Positions 8,823 through 18,361 of a DNA stretch of 32,000 nucleotides are shown here, in pieces (the first letter of the stretch is position 1; each line of letters begins with the position of its first letter). The notes under the pieces were generated by a model. The model had not been told where the DNA came from, did no database searches, and saw only the letters and a list, made by a program, of their open reading frames with translations. A program made the translations under genes and the position numbers. This DNA comes from an uncultured bacterium (GTDB lineage Bacteria > Margulisbacteria > WOR-1 > CAVSGV01): positions 1,230,001 through 1,262,000 of the forward strand of contig OY969425.1 of the NCBI GenBank assembly GCA_963699255.1, read 5' to 3'.

Positions 8823-9297
8823 TTGCTCCTCTTTGCAGGGCGATCTTCCCGGTCCTGACAAGTTCCTTTATGCCGAATTTTCGCAACAGTTTTTCTATGC
8901 CGTCCACCTTGTTCTCTTCTCCGGTCATCTCGATCGTGACCGCTCCCTCGCTCACATCGACTATCCTGCCCCTGAAAATGTCGACGATTTCTATGATCTC
9001 GGGGCGGGTTTTCTCATTGCAACTCACCTTCATCAGCACAAGCTCCCTCTCAACTGCCACGTCATGAGGTATGTCAAATACCTTTATAACGTCTATCAGC
9101 TTGTATAGTTGCTTTGTTATCTGTTCAAGCACAAAGTCATCACCGGAGGCAACTATGGTCATCCTTGATACCGATTCATCCTCCGTAGTCCCGACCGCAA
9201 GGGATTCAATATTATAACCTCGACGCGAGAACAGTCCGGCAACCCTGGCCAGGACGCCGGGTTTATTTTCAACCAGAACTGAAATGGTATGCTTCAT
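8815..9297 (-). CDS. ilvN: Acetolactate synthase small (regulatory) subunit
   Basis: MKHTISVLVENKPGVLARVAGLFSRRGYNIESLAVG... shows the canonical ACT domain of IlvN/IlvH. Confidence 0.94.
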   Translation of the reverse strand: MKHTISVLVENKPGVLARVAGLFSRRGYNIESLAVGTTEDESVSRMTIVASGDDFVLEQITKQLYKLIDVIKVFDIPHDVAVERELVLMKVSCNEKTRPEIIEIVDIFRGRIVDVSEGAVTIEMTGEENKVDGIEKLLRKFGIKELVRTGKIALQRGANE

Positions 9298-9298
9298 A

Positions 9299-9388
9299 TC
9301 CTCACCCCAAAATTAGCGCTGTCATAATCTACCCCAGTCCCTACTTTACTCCCCTCTCCTATTTTAGGAAAGGGGCGCAGGGGTGAGG
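9299..9388. repeat. GC-rich palindromic element, copy 2, filling the ilvB-ilvN spacer
   Basis: CCTCACCCC (9299-9307) pairs with GGGGTGAGG (9380-9388). The inner CTCCCCTCTCCTattttAGGAAAGGGGcgcAGGGGTGAGG is homologous to 1105-1141. Confidence 0.65.
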
Positions 9389-11062
9389 TTAATCCACCAG
9401 CATTTCGTTTATAGCCTGACCGGCAGGCACGAATGGGAACACGTTCTCTCCCTTTGCCACCTTAAAGTCGATCAAAACAGGCCTGTCCTTTATGGTCAAT
9501 GATTCTTCAATGGCCGGCCTTACTTCCTCGATCTTAGTTACCCTGATACCTTTTGCCCCATATGCTTCCGCGACCTTTACAAGGTCGGGGTTCCCTTCAA
9601 GGTCCGTCTGGGAATACCTTTTCCCGTGGAGGAGTTCCTGCCACTGACGCACCATTCCGAGGCAGGCATTATCGAGCACAGCGATCTTGATGGGGAGTTT
9701 GTTGTTCACCGCGGTCGTAAGTTCCTGTATGTTCATCTGGATGCTTCCGTCGCCCGCGATGTCAAAAACTATTTTATCGGGACAGCCGAACTGGGCGCCT
9801 ATCGCGGCCGGCAGCCCGTACCCCATTGTCCCGAGCCCGCCGGACGATATCATGGTCCTCGGTTTGGTGAATTTATAGTACTGCGATGCCCACATCTGGT
9901 TCTGTCCCACCTCGGTAGTTATTATCGCTTCACCGCCGGTCGCCTCGTATATTTGTTCGATGACATACTCCGGCTTGATCTCGTCGGTCTTTTTATATGA
10001 CAGCGGATACTTGTTCTTCCATTCCTCCACCTGAGCAAGCCACGGCGCGTGGTCGTCCTTTGCGGAAACTTTTCCGATAAGTTCTTTTAGGACTTTCATG
10101 ACGTCGCCAACGATCGGGATATCGGCCTTAACGTTCTTTCCGATCTCCGCCGGATCGATATCGATATGGATATGCTTTGCTTTCGGAGCGAATTTCGCGA
10201 TGTGGCCGGTTACACGGTCGTCAAATCTCGCGCCTATCGCAATAAGAAGATCGCATTCCTGAATGGAATAGTTGGCGTAAACCGTACCATGCATACCCGG
10301 CATTCCAAGTGAGAGCTTGTTAGTTTCCGGAAAGCCTCCTTTTCCAAGCAGCGTTGTTGTGACCGGTATGCTGCACTTTATCGCAAGCTCTGTCAGCTCT
10401 TTGGCCGCACCTGATGCGATGACGCCTCCGCCGGAATATATGACCGGTCTCTTCGAATCCATGATCGCTTTCGCCGCAGCGGATATCTGCCTGGGATGAC
10501 CTTCGTACTTCGGTTTATAGCTGGGGATATCTATCTTCTCCGGATATTTAAAGTTTAGCTTGTGCGTCTGAATATCTTTCGGGATATCTATGAGCACGGG
10601 GCCTGGCCTTCCAGACCTGGCGATATAGAACGCCTCTTTGAACACCCGGGGAATATCCTTTATGTCCTTAATAAGGTAGTTATGTTTTGTGATGGGGATC
10701 GTTATCCCGGTTATGTCGGCTTCCTGGAATGAATCTCTTCCAAGAAAAGTTGTCCCGACCTGACCGGTTATTGCCACCACAGGTATCGAATCCATATATG
10801 CCGTGGCTATTCCGGTCACGAGGTTCGTCGCGCCGGGTCCTGATGTCGCAACACACACGCCTACCTTGCCGGTAGCGCGCGCAAAGCCGTCCGCAGCATG
10901 AGCCGCTCCCTGCTCATGGCGCACAAGGATATGCTTTATATCTTTCTCATAGTAAAGCGCGTCATAGAGAGGCAATACCTGACCACCGGGATAGCCAAAT
11001 ATCAGATCTACCCCTTCTTTTTTGAGACATTCGAGTATCGCCTGCGCGCCTGTCAGTTCCAT
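9389..11062 (-). CDS. ilvB: Acetolactate synthase large (catalytic) subunit
   Basis: 557 aa. [23 protein letters not shown]..., plus the TPP-binding GDGS...N motif region. Confidence 0.96.
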   Translation of the reverse strand: MELTGAQAILECLKKEGVDLIFGYPGGQVLPLYDALYYEKDIKHILVRHEQGAAHAADGFARATGKVGVCVATSGPGATNLVTGIATAYMDSIPVVAITGQVGTTFLGRDSFQEADITGITIPITKHNYLIKDIKDIPRVFKEAFYIARSGRPGPVLIDIPKDIQTHKLNFKYPEKIDIPSYKPKYEGHPRQISAAAKAIMDSKRPVIYSGGGVIASGAAKELTELAIKCSIPVTTTLLGKGGFPETNKLSLGMPGMHGTVYANYSIQECDLLIAIGARFDDRVTGHIAKFAPKAKHIHIDIDPAEIGKNVKADIPIVGDVMKVLKELIGKVSAKDDHAPWLAQVEEWKNKYPLSYKKTDEIKPEYVIEQIYEATGGEAIITTEVGQNQMWASQYYKFTKPRTMISSGGLGTMGYGLPAAIGAQFGCPDKIVFDIAGDGSIQMNIQELTTAVNNKLPIKIAVLDNACLGMVRQWQELLHGKRYSQTDLEGNPDLVKVAEAYGAKGIRVTKIEEVRPAIEESLTIKDRPVLIDFKVAKGENVFPFVPAGQAINEMLVD

Positions 11063-11063
11063 T

Positions 11064-12716
11064 TTATTTAAGCACCGCTCCCGTGTTCGCGCTAGTCACA
11101 AACCTAGCGTATCTCGCCAGCCACCCGCTCTTTGCCTTTGGCTCCGGCGTTTTCCACTGGGACCTTCTTTTGGCAAGTTCGGCATCAGAGACCTTCATGT
11201 TTATCTTTCTTGCCGGAATGTTGATCTCTATCATATCCCCTTCTTTGATCAGGGCAATCGGTCCGCCCTCCATTGCTTCCGGAGATATATGGCCTATGCA
11301 GGGACCCTGCGTTCCGCCGGAAAATCTTCCATCGGTGATCAGAGCCACGGAATCAGACAAGCCCATTCCGGTAAGCGCGGAAGTCGGTGAGAGCATTTCC
11401 CTCATTCCCGGGCCGCCTTTGGGGCCTTCGTAACGGATAACAACAACATCGCCGGATTTTACCTTCCTGTCCATGATCGCCTTCATGGCATCCTCTTCAC
11501 AGTCATAGACCTTTGCGCACCCGGTGATCCTCTGCGCCGCTTCCGAAACTGCTGTTTGTTTCACGACACAGCCATCGGGCGCGATGTTACCCTTTAGAAC
11601 GGCTATCCCGCCTTCCTTGTGGTAAGGATTATCAAGCTTTCTAATAACATTGTCATCGAATATGATGCCGTCTTTCGCGATGTCCCGGATGTTCCTTCCG
11701 TTGACGGTATCCGCGCCAAGTAATCGATCTTTAAGCACGTGCAGCACTCCCGGTATTCCCCCCGCGTATTCCAGGTCTTCCAGAAAGAATGGGCCTGACG
11801 GCCTTAAATTGGTGATATGGGGTATCTCACGGCTCAGCTTATCGAAGTCGTCCAGGCATATTTCGATCCCGAATTCGTGCGCGATCGCCGGCAGATGCAA
11901 AGCCGTGTTCGACGATCCGCCTATGGCCATGTCGACCATTATCGCGTTATGGATGGCGTTATTTGTGACAATGTTCCTCGGGGTCACATTATGCCTGACG
12001 AGTTCGACAATCCTTTCACCGGAAGAGTACGCTATCCTTTTTTTCTTGGCGGAAACCGCAAGGGCGGTCCCGCAGCCGGTCAGCGACATTCCCATCGCTT
12101 CAGTAAGACATGACATGGTGTTGGCCGTGTAAAGCCCGGCGCATGAGCCCGCTCCGGGGCAGATATCCTCTTCCATGCAGTTCAGTTCCTGCTCGGATAT
12201 CCTTCCGGCCCTCACGGCTCCGGACGCTTCAAAGCCGTCCTTGACCAGGTCGCGCTTCACCATTTTATATCTTCCGGTCATCATGGGGCCTGCGGTCACC
12301 ACGATAGCGGGGACATTCAACCTTCCCGCCGCCATAAGCATTCCGGGGGTTATCTTGTCGCATGCGGTAAGAAGTATCATCCCGTCAAGCTGGTGCGCTT
12401 CCACCATTGATTCTATCATGTCAGCTATCAGTTCTCTGGAAGCAAGCGAGTAATGCATGCCCTTGTGGCCCATCGCAATGCCGTCGCAGATCGCCGGCAA
12501 ACCGAAAACGAAAGGCACGCCTCCGCCGGCCGATATGCCGTTCTCAGCGGCTCTTTCGAAGTCCCTCATATTCACGTGGCCGGGAACAAGATCGCTGAAG
12601 CTGGAAGCTATGCCGATGAAAGGTTTACTCATGGACGACCTTGTCACGCCGGTCGCATACAGGAGCGCCCGGTGACCAACTCTCTCGATCCCCTTTTTTA
12701 TCTCATCGCTTCTCAT
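11064..12716 (-). CDS. ilvD: Dihydroxy-acid dehydratase
   Basis: 550 aa. ...[16 protein letters not shown]..., ...[12 protein letters not shown]... AGGAGG lies 8 nt upstream of the ATG. The stop is 1 nt from the ilvB ATG. Confidence 0.96.
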   Translation of the reverse strand: MRSDEIKKGIERVGHRALLYATGVTRSSMSKPFIGIASSFSDLVPGHVNMRDFERAAENGISAGGGVPFVFGLPAICDGIAMGHKGMHYSLASRELIADMIESMVEAHQLDGMILLTACDKITPGMLMAAGRLNVPAIVVTAGPMMTGRYKMVKRDLVKDGFEASGAVRAGRISEQELNCMEEDICPGAGSCAGLYTANTMSCLTEAMGMSLTGCGTALAVSAKKKRIAYSSGERIVELVRHNVTPRNIVTNNAIHNAIMVDMAIGGSSNTALHLPAIAHEFGIEICLDDFDKLSREIPHITNLRPSGPFFLEDLEYAGGIPGVLHVLKDRLLGADTVNGRNIRDIAKDGIIFDDNVIRKLDNPYHKEGGIAVLKGNIAPDGCVVKQTAVSEAAQRITGCAKVYDCEEDAMKAIMDRKVKSGDVVVIRYEGPKGGPGMREMLSPTSALTGMGLSDSVALITDGRFSGGTQGPCIGHISPEAMEGGPIALIKEGDMIEINIPARKINMKVSDAELAKRRSQWKTPEPKAKSGWLARYARFVTSANTGAVLK

Positions 12717-12753
12717 TTATTACGCCTCCTATAAGTTGGATTAGTGGAAGTTT

Positions 12754-12781
12754 ATTATAACATGAATTTTACGATTTTTAA
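12754..12781 (-). promoter_or_regulatory. Candidate sigma70-type promoter for the ilvD-led gene train
   Basis: On the minus strand: TTAAAA (12781-12776), 16-nt spacer, TATAAT (12759-12754), about 38 nt upstream of the ilvD ATG. Sequence match only. Confidence 0.35.
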
Positions 12782-12846
12782 TGGGATTTTTAAGCTGTTT
12801 TATCGATATAACTATAGTAGGAGATCGGGAAATAAGAAATAATATT

Positions 12847-12946
12847 TGGAATTTTGGATTTGGGTCATTGGAATTTGTTTGGTAATTGGAAATTGGAAAT
12901 TGGTCATTCTTGCGTAGCAAGCGCTGGGTTGTTCGTGACTTGTTAA
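12847..12946. repeat. AT-rich simple-repeat element with a short GC hairpin (probable divergent relative of the 2267/4061 elements)
   Basis: GGAATTTTGGATTTGGGTCATTGGAATTTG...GGTAATTGGAAATTGGAAATTGGTCATT, then CTTGCgtaGCAAG (12909-12921). It shares the 11-mer TTGGGTCATTG with the reverse complement of 2267-2373. Confidence 0.45.
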
Positions 12947-13061
12947 AGATCTATAGACTATCTTCTCTGATTAAGTTCGGAGAATCCTTTTAGTACTATT
13001 TAACTTTAACTTGACGGCAACCCAGTTTTTTATTCTGTAAAGATATCTTATCACATATCCT

Positions 13062-13093
13062 CAAAAAAATCAAGAAGGCATTCTAAGTCTTGA
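13062..13093 (-). terminator. Weak candidate intrinsic terminator downstream of giant gene A
   Basis: On the minus strand: TCAAGA-12 nt-TCTTGA hairpin (13093-13070) followed directly by T7 (13068-13062). The stem is short and AT-rich. Confidence 0.3.
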
Positions 13094-13126
13094 GATTCAA
13101 ATGATTTTTCAACTCATCCCTTGTCC

Positions 13127-16100
13127 CTACTTAGCTTCCAGCTTATCCAGACGGGCTTTCAGCTCTTCATTGATCTTCTTCTGTTCATCGATCTGCCTTT
13201 GCTGCTCTTTTACCGCTTCAACAAGTATGGGTATTAACGTATCGGTATAAAGTGTGGTAGCATAAACTCTATCTTTTCCGTCCTTGCCTGTATAATGATT
13301 CTCGAGTTTTGTACTATCATCATATTTTACCGCTTCCGGCACTTGCTCTCCCACATCTTCGGCGATAAAACCAAGTGTATGCCCGCCGCCATGTTTTTCA
13401 TCCCAATCAAAAGAAACTCCTCTAAGGTTAAGTATCTTATCCAGGGCATCTTTTATTCCCACAACGTTCTTCTTCCATCTTATTGATGAACCTTTCCCGT
13501 AAGTACCGTGGACAGCATAAAAATCGCTACCTGGACTTTCAGCATATACACCATAAGCACTGCCGTAACCATAAGTACCAACATAGCCTACGCCATAGAC
13601 ACCCGCACTCCAGTTAGTATAGTCAGTATTCATACCGCTAACACCGCAGCCATTTGCCCCATGACCTATACCCAAGACACCGGTGCCCAATTTTCCGTTT
13701 TCGCCGATGATGGTTTCCGCTCCTTCGCGATAAGCATAGATGCAACGCCCGGTCTGATAAATGGCGGTTCCACTCCCGCTCAGCCCCGTTCCCATTACAG
13801 TTATTTGAGACTGCGGATTCGTCGTCCCGATACCGACATTGCCGTTATTATCAATGACCATTGATGTATTTGTAATACCAGTAGTGTAGTTATTTGAGGT
13901 TCCAAACATCAATTTTGAACCGCTATTATCAAAATAGGCAGCGATCCTGGCGTTTGGATTAGATCCAGAGCTGTACAGGAAATCTATAGGTGTATAACGT
14001 CCAGCGGTATAAGCACCGCTCAAAGAAAGCATACCTCTTGTTGCACCGGTAAATGTTGAAATTTGACTTCCTTCTACATTTAGTTTGGATGCCGGATTTG
14101 TCGTCCCGATGCCGACATTGCCGTTGTTTAGAATTGTTACTCTATCCGAATAATTATCTATATTGCCTTGCGAACTCAGTGTGCGCAAATAAAGATTACC
14201 GCCTGAAGAACCTCCCCAATCGATCACGCCGTTAGCAGAATTATAAACTAAATGGGTCCCGGAAAGCCGAACATTACCGGCAACATCTAATTTAGTTCCT
14301 GGACCAGTCGTACCGATGCCGACATTGCCGCCTGAAACAAACAAATCATTTGTGTCAACTTTTAAACCGCTTGAGTTCAAATAATACCCCGTGCCGGAAC
14401 ATGCGGTAGCTGTCGCTGATAAAATAGCATAATTTGCGCGTACAGAACACACGGTCGATGTTCCACTCAAATCTGCATAGTTAGCATCCCTCGCGTGACC
14501 CGTACATATGGAAGCTACCGATGATAATATTGCGTAATTTGCCTGCTTGGTACACAGGGTCGATATTCCACTAAGATCCGCATAGTTAGCATCTTTCGCA
14601 TGACCGGTACTGCAATCGCTGGCTGTCGCTGCTAATAATGCGTATGTCGCCTGCTTCGTACACATGGTCGATGTCCCGCTCAATGCCGCATAGTTAGCAT
14701 CTTTCGCATGGCCGGTACTGCAATCGCTGGCTGTCGCTGCTAATAATGCGTATGTCGCCTGCTTCGTACACATGGTCGATGTCCCGCTCAATGCCGCATA
14801 GCTCGCACTATTCGCACTGCCTGTACAGACACTCGATGTGCCTGATAAAGCTGCATATGGCGCTGATCCTGTACAGCTGGATGATGTTCCACTCAATGCC
14901 GCATAGCTCGCGCTATTCGCACTGCCTGTACATATACTTGATATCCCTGATAGGTTTGCATACTTGACTGATCCAGTACATGCCGATGATATCCCGCTAA
15001 GATCCGCGTACTTTACTGATCCTGTACAGGCACTGGATGTTCCTGATAACTCCGCATACTTTACAGATCCGGTACAGCTGGATGCTGTTCCACTCAATGC
15101 CGCATAGCTCGCGCTATTCGCGCTGCCCGTACATATACTTGATATCCCTGATAGTGTTGCATATATAGCATTAGTGCTCGTGGTCGATGTCCCGCTTAAT
15201 ACTGCGTAGCTGACGGTTCCTGTACACCTGGACGATGTTCCGCTTAGATCTGCATACTTTACAGAGCCGGTACAAGTGGATGCGGTTCCACTCAATACTG
15301 CATAATTAACAGTCCCTGTACATGTAGATGCGGTTCCACTCAATACTGCATAATTAACAGTCCCTGTACATGTAGATGCGGTTCCACTTAATACTGAATA
15401 GTTGGAAGTATTCGCGCTACCCGTACAAACACTCGATATCCCTGATAGTGTTGCATAGGAAACCGATCCAGTACAGCTGGATGATGTTCCACTCAATACC
15501 GCGTAGTTAACGGTCCCGGTACACATGGATGCTGTCCCGCTCAACACAGAGTAGTTGGAAGTATTCGCGCTACCCGTACAAACACTTGATGTCCCAGATA
15601 GATTTGCATAAATAGCATTAGTGCTGGTGGTAGATGTCCCGCTCAATACAGCGTAGTTGGATGTGTTCGCATTGCCTGTACAGACACTGGATGCCCCTGA
15701 CAGTGCCGCATAATTGGTTGATCCTGTACAGACAGATGCTGTTCCACTCAATGCTGCATAGTTGGATGTATTAGCGCTACCTGTACACACACTTGATGTC
15801 CCTGACAGTGCCGCATAATTGGTTGATCCGGTACAAATAGATGCTGTCCCGCTCAATGCTGCATAGTTCGCACTATTCGCACTGCCTGTACATACACTTG
15901 ATATCCCTGATAAATTTGCATACTTGGTTGATCCGGTACAAGTGGATGCGGTTCCACTCAATACTGCATAGTTAACAGTCCCGGTACAAGTAGATGCTGT
16001 TCCGCTCAACACAGAGTAGTTCGATGTATTAGCATTACCTGTGCATACACTTGATATACCTGATAGAGCTGCATAATTAGTTGATCCAGTACAGACAGAT

Positions 16101-18199
16101 GCTGTTCCACTCAATACCGCATAATTAACGGTCCCGGTACACATGGATGCGGTCCCACTTAATACTGAATAGTTGGAAGTATTCGCGCTACCCGTACAAA
16201 CACTTGATGTCCCAGATAGATTTGCATAAATAGCATTAGTGCTGGTGGTAGATGTCCCGCTCAATACCGCGTAATTGACGGTCCCTGTACACAGGGATGC
16301 GGTCCCGCTCAACACAGAGTAATTCGATGTATTCGCGTTGCCTGTGCATACACTGGATGTACCTGATAGCGCTGCATAAGTGACAGGCCCTGTACAACTG
16401 GATGCCGTTCCACTCAATACTGCATAGTTTGATGTATTCGCATTTCCTGTACACACACTTGATGTCCCTGACAGTGCCGCATAATTGGTTGATCCGGTAC
16501 AAATAGATGCTGTCCCGCTCAATGCTGCATAGTTCGCACTATTCGCACTGCCTGTACATACACTTGATATCCCTGATAAATTTGCATACTTGGTTGATCC
16601 GGTACAAGTGGATGCGGTTCCACTCAATACTGCATAGTTAACAGTCCCGGTACAAGTAGATGCTGTTCCGCTCAACACAGAGTAGTTCGATGTATTAGCA
16701 TTACCTGTGCATACACTTGATATACCTGATAGAGCTGCATAATTAGTTGATCCAGTACAGACAGATGCTGTTCCACTCAATACCGCATAATTAACGGTCC
16801 CGGTACACATGGATGCGGTCCCACTTAATACTGAATAGTTGGAAGTATTCGCGCTACCCGTACAAACACTTGATGTCCCAGATAGATTTGCATAAATAGC
16901 ATTAGTGCTGGTGGTCGACGTTCCACTCAATGCTGCATAGTTGGATGTATTCGCACTGCCTGTGCATACACTTGATATACCTGATAGTGCTGCATAATTG
17001 GTTGATCCGGTACAAATGGATGCTGTTCCACTCAATACAGCATAGTTGGATGTATTAGCGCTACCTGTACACACACTTGATGTCCCTGACAGTGCCGCAT
17101 AATTGGTTGATCCTGTACAGACAGATGCTGTTCCACTCAATGCTGCATACTTTACTGATCCCGTACAGACAGATGCTGTTCCGCTCAACACAGAGTAGTT
17201 CGATGTATTAGCATTACCTGTGCACACACTGGATATACCTGATAGAGCTGCATAATTAGTTGATCCGGTACAGCTTGATGCTGTTCCACTTAATGCTGCA
17301 TAGTTGGATGTACTCGCGCTACCTGTACATATACTGGATATACCTGATAGATTTGCATAAGTGACAGACCCTGTACAACTGGATGCTGTTCCACTCAATA
17401 CTGCATACTTTACTGATCCCGTACATGCGGATGATGTTCCGCTTAACACTGCATAGTTAACAGTCCCTGTACAGGCTGATGCTGTCCCACTCAATACCGC
17501 ATAGTTTGATGTATTCGCACTGCCTGTGCATACACTTGATATCCCCGATAAAGCTGCATACTTTACCGATCCCGTACACGCGGATGATGTTCCGCTCAAT
17601 GTCGCATAGTTCGCGGTTACTGATACTGATGTGGAGGTCACATTGATAAGCGCCGAGCCATCTCCGTAATATTTACCTGTCGACCCCTCTATGGATGCTC
17701 CCATAGCTCCCACCTTAAGATTCCCTGTTATATTGGCGTTTGCCGTCTGCGCTTCCGTTGTGTTCATGATGTACCTTAGATCCGCATCTCCCTCTGAGAT
17801 ACCTCCTCCGCCTCCACCCATCCCCGATTCTGATGATATCGCCCTGAACGCGTACGGTGCCGCCGCCAGCAGCTGGTGCGGCGTCATGTCTTCTCCCCCA
17901 ACGTTCAGCCCGATCTCATATTGATTGCTGAAATCTACGCTAGTGGGAATAGGACCCAGCATTTCATTGATGTTCCCCTGACTGTCAGGAGTAACCGTTG
18001 ATGTCTGCGACCACAGCGATGTCCCGCTGGATGAATCGTACAGCGTGAAGATTATCACCTTGGGGTCTGTGATAGGCAGGCCGCTTGTTTTGTCCAGTAA
18101 CCTACCTTGAAAATATATGGTGCGGGGGATAGCTGCAAGAACGGAGAAAGATAATATCGTCAGGAAAACAAAGAAAAAGAAAAACACCTTTTTTTGCAT
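13127..18199 (-). CDS. Giant secreted repeat protein A (1690 aa): conserved N-terminal module, about 63 single-Cys repeats, GNVGIGTT joints, C-terminal Peptidase_S74-like chaperone tip
   Basis: 5.07-kb uninterrupted ORF. GGAGG RBS. Sec-type signal peptide (MQKKVFFFFFVFLTILSFSVLA|A). The C-terminus SSIRWKKNVVGIKDALDKILNLRGVSFDW...GFIAEDVGEQVPEAV...coiled-coil matches the intramolecular-chaperone auto-processing domain of endosialidase/tail-fibre proteins. Confidence 0.88.
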   Translation of the reverse strand: MQKKVFFFFFVFLTILSFSVLAAIPRTIYFQGRLLDKTSGLPITDPKVIIFTLYDSSSGTSLWSQTSTVTPDSQGNINEMLGPIPTSVDFSNQYEIGLNVGGEDMTPHQLLAAAPYAFRAISSESGMGGGGGGISEGDADLRYIMNTTEAQTANANITGNLKVGAMGASIEGSTGKYYGDGSALINVTSTSVSVTANYATLSGTSSACTGSVKYAALSGISSVCTGSANTSNYAVLSGTASACTGTVNYAVLSGTSSACTGSVKYAVLSGTASSCTGSVTYANLSGISSICTGSASTSNYAALSGTASSCTGSTNYAALSGISSVCTGNANTSNYSVLSGTASVCTGSVKYAALSGTASVCTGSTNYAALSGTSSVCTGSANTSNYAVLSGTASICTGSTNYAALSGISSVCTGSANTSNYAALSGTSTTSTNAIYANLSGTSSVCTGSANTSNYSVLSGTASMCTGTVNYAVLSGTASVCTGSTNYAALSGISSVCTGNANTSNYSVLSGTASTCTGTVNYAVLSGTASTCTGSTKYANLSGISSVCTGSANSANYAALSGTASICTGSTNYAALSGTSSVCTGNANTSNYAVLSGTASSCTGPVTYAALSGTSSVCTGNANTSNYSVLSGTASLCTGTVNYAVLSGTSTTSTNAIYANLSGTSSVCTGSANTSNYSVLSGTASMCTGTVNYAVLSGTASVCTGSTNYAALSGISSVCTGNANTSNYSVLSGTASTCTGTVNYAVLSGTASTCTGSTKYANLSGISSVCTGSANSANYAALSGTASICTGSTNYAALSGTSSVCTGSANTSNYAALSGTASVCTGSTNYAALSGASSVCTGNANTSNYAVLSGTSTTSTNAIYANLSGTSSVCTGSANTSNYSVLSGTASMCTGTVNYAVLSGTSSSCTGSVSYATLSGISSVCTGSANTSNYSVLSGTASTCTGTVNYAVLSGTASTCTGTVNYAVLSGTASTCTGSVKYADLSGTSSRCTGTVSYAVLSGTSTTSTNAIYATLSGISSICTGSANSASYAALSGTASSCTGSVKYAELSGTSSACTGSVKYADLSGISSACTGSVKYANLSGISSICTGSANSASYAALSGTSSSCTGSAPYAALSGTSSVCTGSANSASYAALSGTSTMCTKQATYALLAATASDCSTGHAKDANYAALSGTSTMCTKQATYALLAATASDCSTGHAKDANYADLSGISTLCTKQANYAILSSVASICTGHARDANYADLSGTSTVCSVRANYAILSATATACSGTGYYLNSSGLKVDTNDLFVSGGNVGIGTTGPGTKLDVAGNVRLSGTHLVYNSANGVIDWGGSSGGNLYLRTLSSQGNIDNYSDRVTILNNGNVGIGTTNPASKLNVEGSQISTFTGATRGMLSLSGAYTAGRYTPIDFLYSSGSNPNARIAAYFDNSGSKLMFGTSNNYTTGITNTSMVIDNNGNVGIGTTNPQSQITVMGTGLSGSGTAIYQTGRCIYAYREGAETIIGENGKLGTGVLGIGHGANGCGVSGMNTDYTNWSAGVYGVGYVGTYGYGSAYGVYAESPGSDFYAVHGTYGKGSSIRWKKNVVGIKDALDKILNLRGVSFDWDEKHGGGHTLGFIAEDVGEQVPEAVKYDDSTKLENHYTGKDGKDRVYATTLYTDTLIPILVEAVKEQQRQIDEQKKINEELKARLDKLEAK
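13130..13489 (-). other. Peptidase_S74-like intramolecular chaperone (auto-processing) domain of giant A
   Basis: It shows the S-x-R-x-K-x-N...L..L..V.F.W...GFIA(E/Q).V....PE.V pattern, ending in a heptad-like DEQKKINEELKARLDKLEAK. Recognised from memory of the family; not verified by HMM. Confidence 0.7.
14387..17608 (-). repeat. In-frame tandem array of about 63 units of 48/57 nt (16/19 aa) in giant A
   Basis: Units counted by hand from the translation: YAxLSG[T/I]xSxCTG plus a 3-aa or 6-aa linker. Four Cys-less 15-aa units (YAVLSGTSTTSTNAI). Confidence 0.9.
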
Positions 18200-18260
18200 A
18201 ATAACCCTCCTGTGAATATCATGAATATCAATGGATTCCTTACTTGATCCCTAGCGGTAC

Positions 18261-18288
18261 ATTATATTATATAGGTGCGGAATTACAA
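18261..18288 (-). promoter_or_regulatory. Promoter copy 1 (giant A): TTGTAA-16-TATAAT
   Basis: Minus strand: -35 TTGTAA (18288-18283) and -10 TATAAT (18266-18261). The about 55-nt 5'UTR contains the tandem TGATATTCA x2 (18230-18213) and a GGAGG RBS. Near-identical copies lie upstream of giants B and C. Confidence 0.6.
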
Positions 18289-18361
18289 ATGACTAATTTC
18301 ATGCTTAAAGTATAACTGAAAAGATTTTCGCTAATTACCCCTGGACTAAATCCCTTTATAT

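Noticed and set aside
8823-8861. N-terminal extension of the membrane ORF (track start at 8861, MSGPGRSPCKEEQ...), overlapping 47 nt of ilvN.
   Set aside because: The internal ATG at 8822 gives the classic ATGA-type overlap with the ilvN stop, and the extension is not hydrophobic or signal-like. The longer form cannot be excluded.
4319-12734. Numerous plus-strand ORFs of 60-170 aa inside thrS, dxr, ilvC, ilvN, ilvB and ilvD (e.g. 4319..4822, 9626..10000, 11650..12132, 12453..12734), and the minus-strand alternative-frame ORF 7672..7962.
   Set aside because: These are shadow ORFs opposite to, or out of frame with, confidently identified housekeeping genes. Their composition is Arg/Ser/Pro-rich and antisense-like.
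18189-18195. An A7 tract (plus-strand T7) in codons 2-4 of each giant gene (also at 24420-24426 and 29390-29396), considered as a slipped-strand phase-variation switch.
   Set aside because: The tract is short, has the same length in all three copies and is in-frame ON in all three. There is no evidence of length heterogeneity from a single sequence. It can be revisited only with read-level data.
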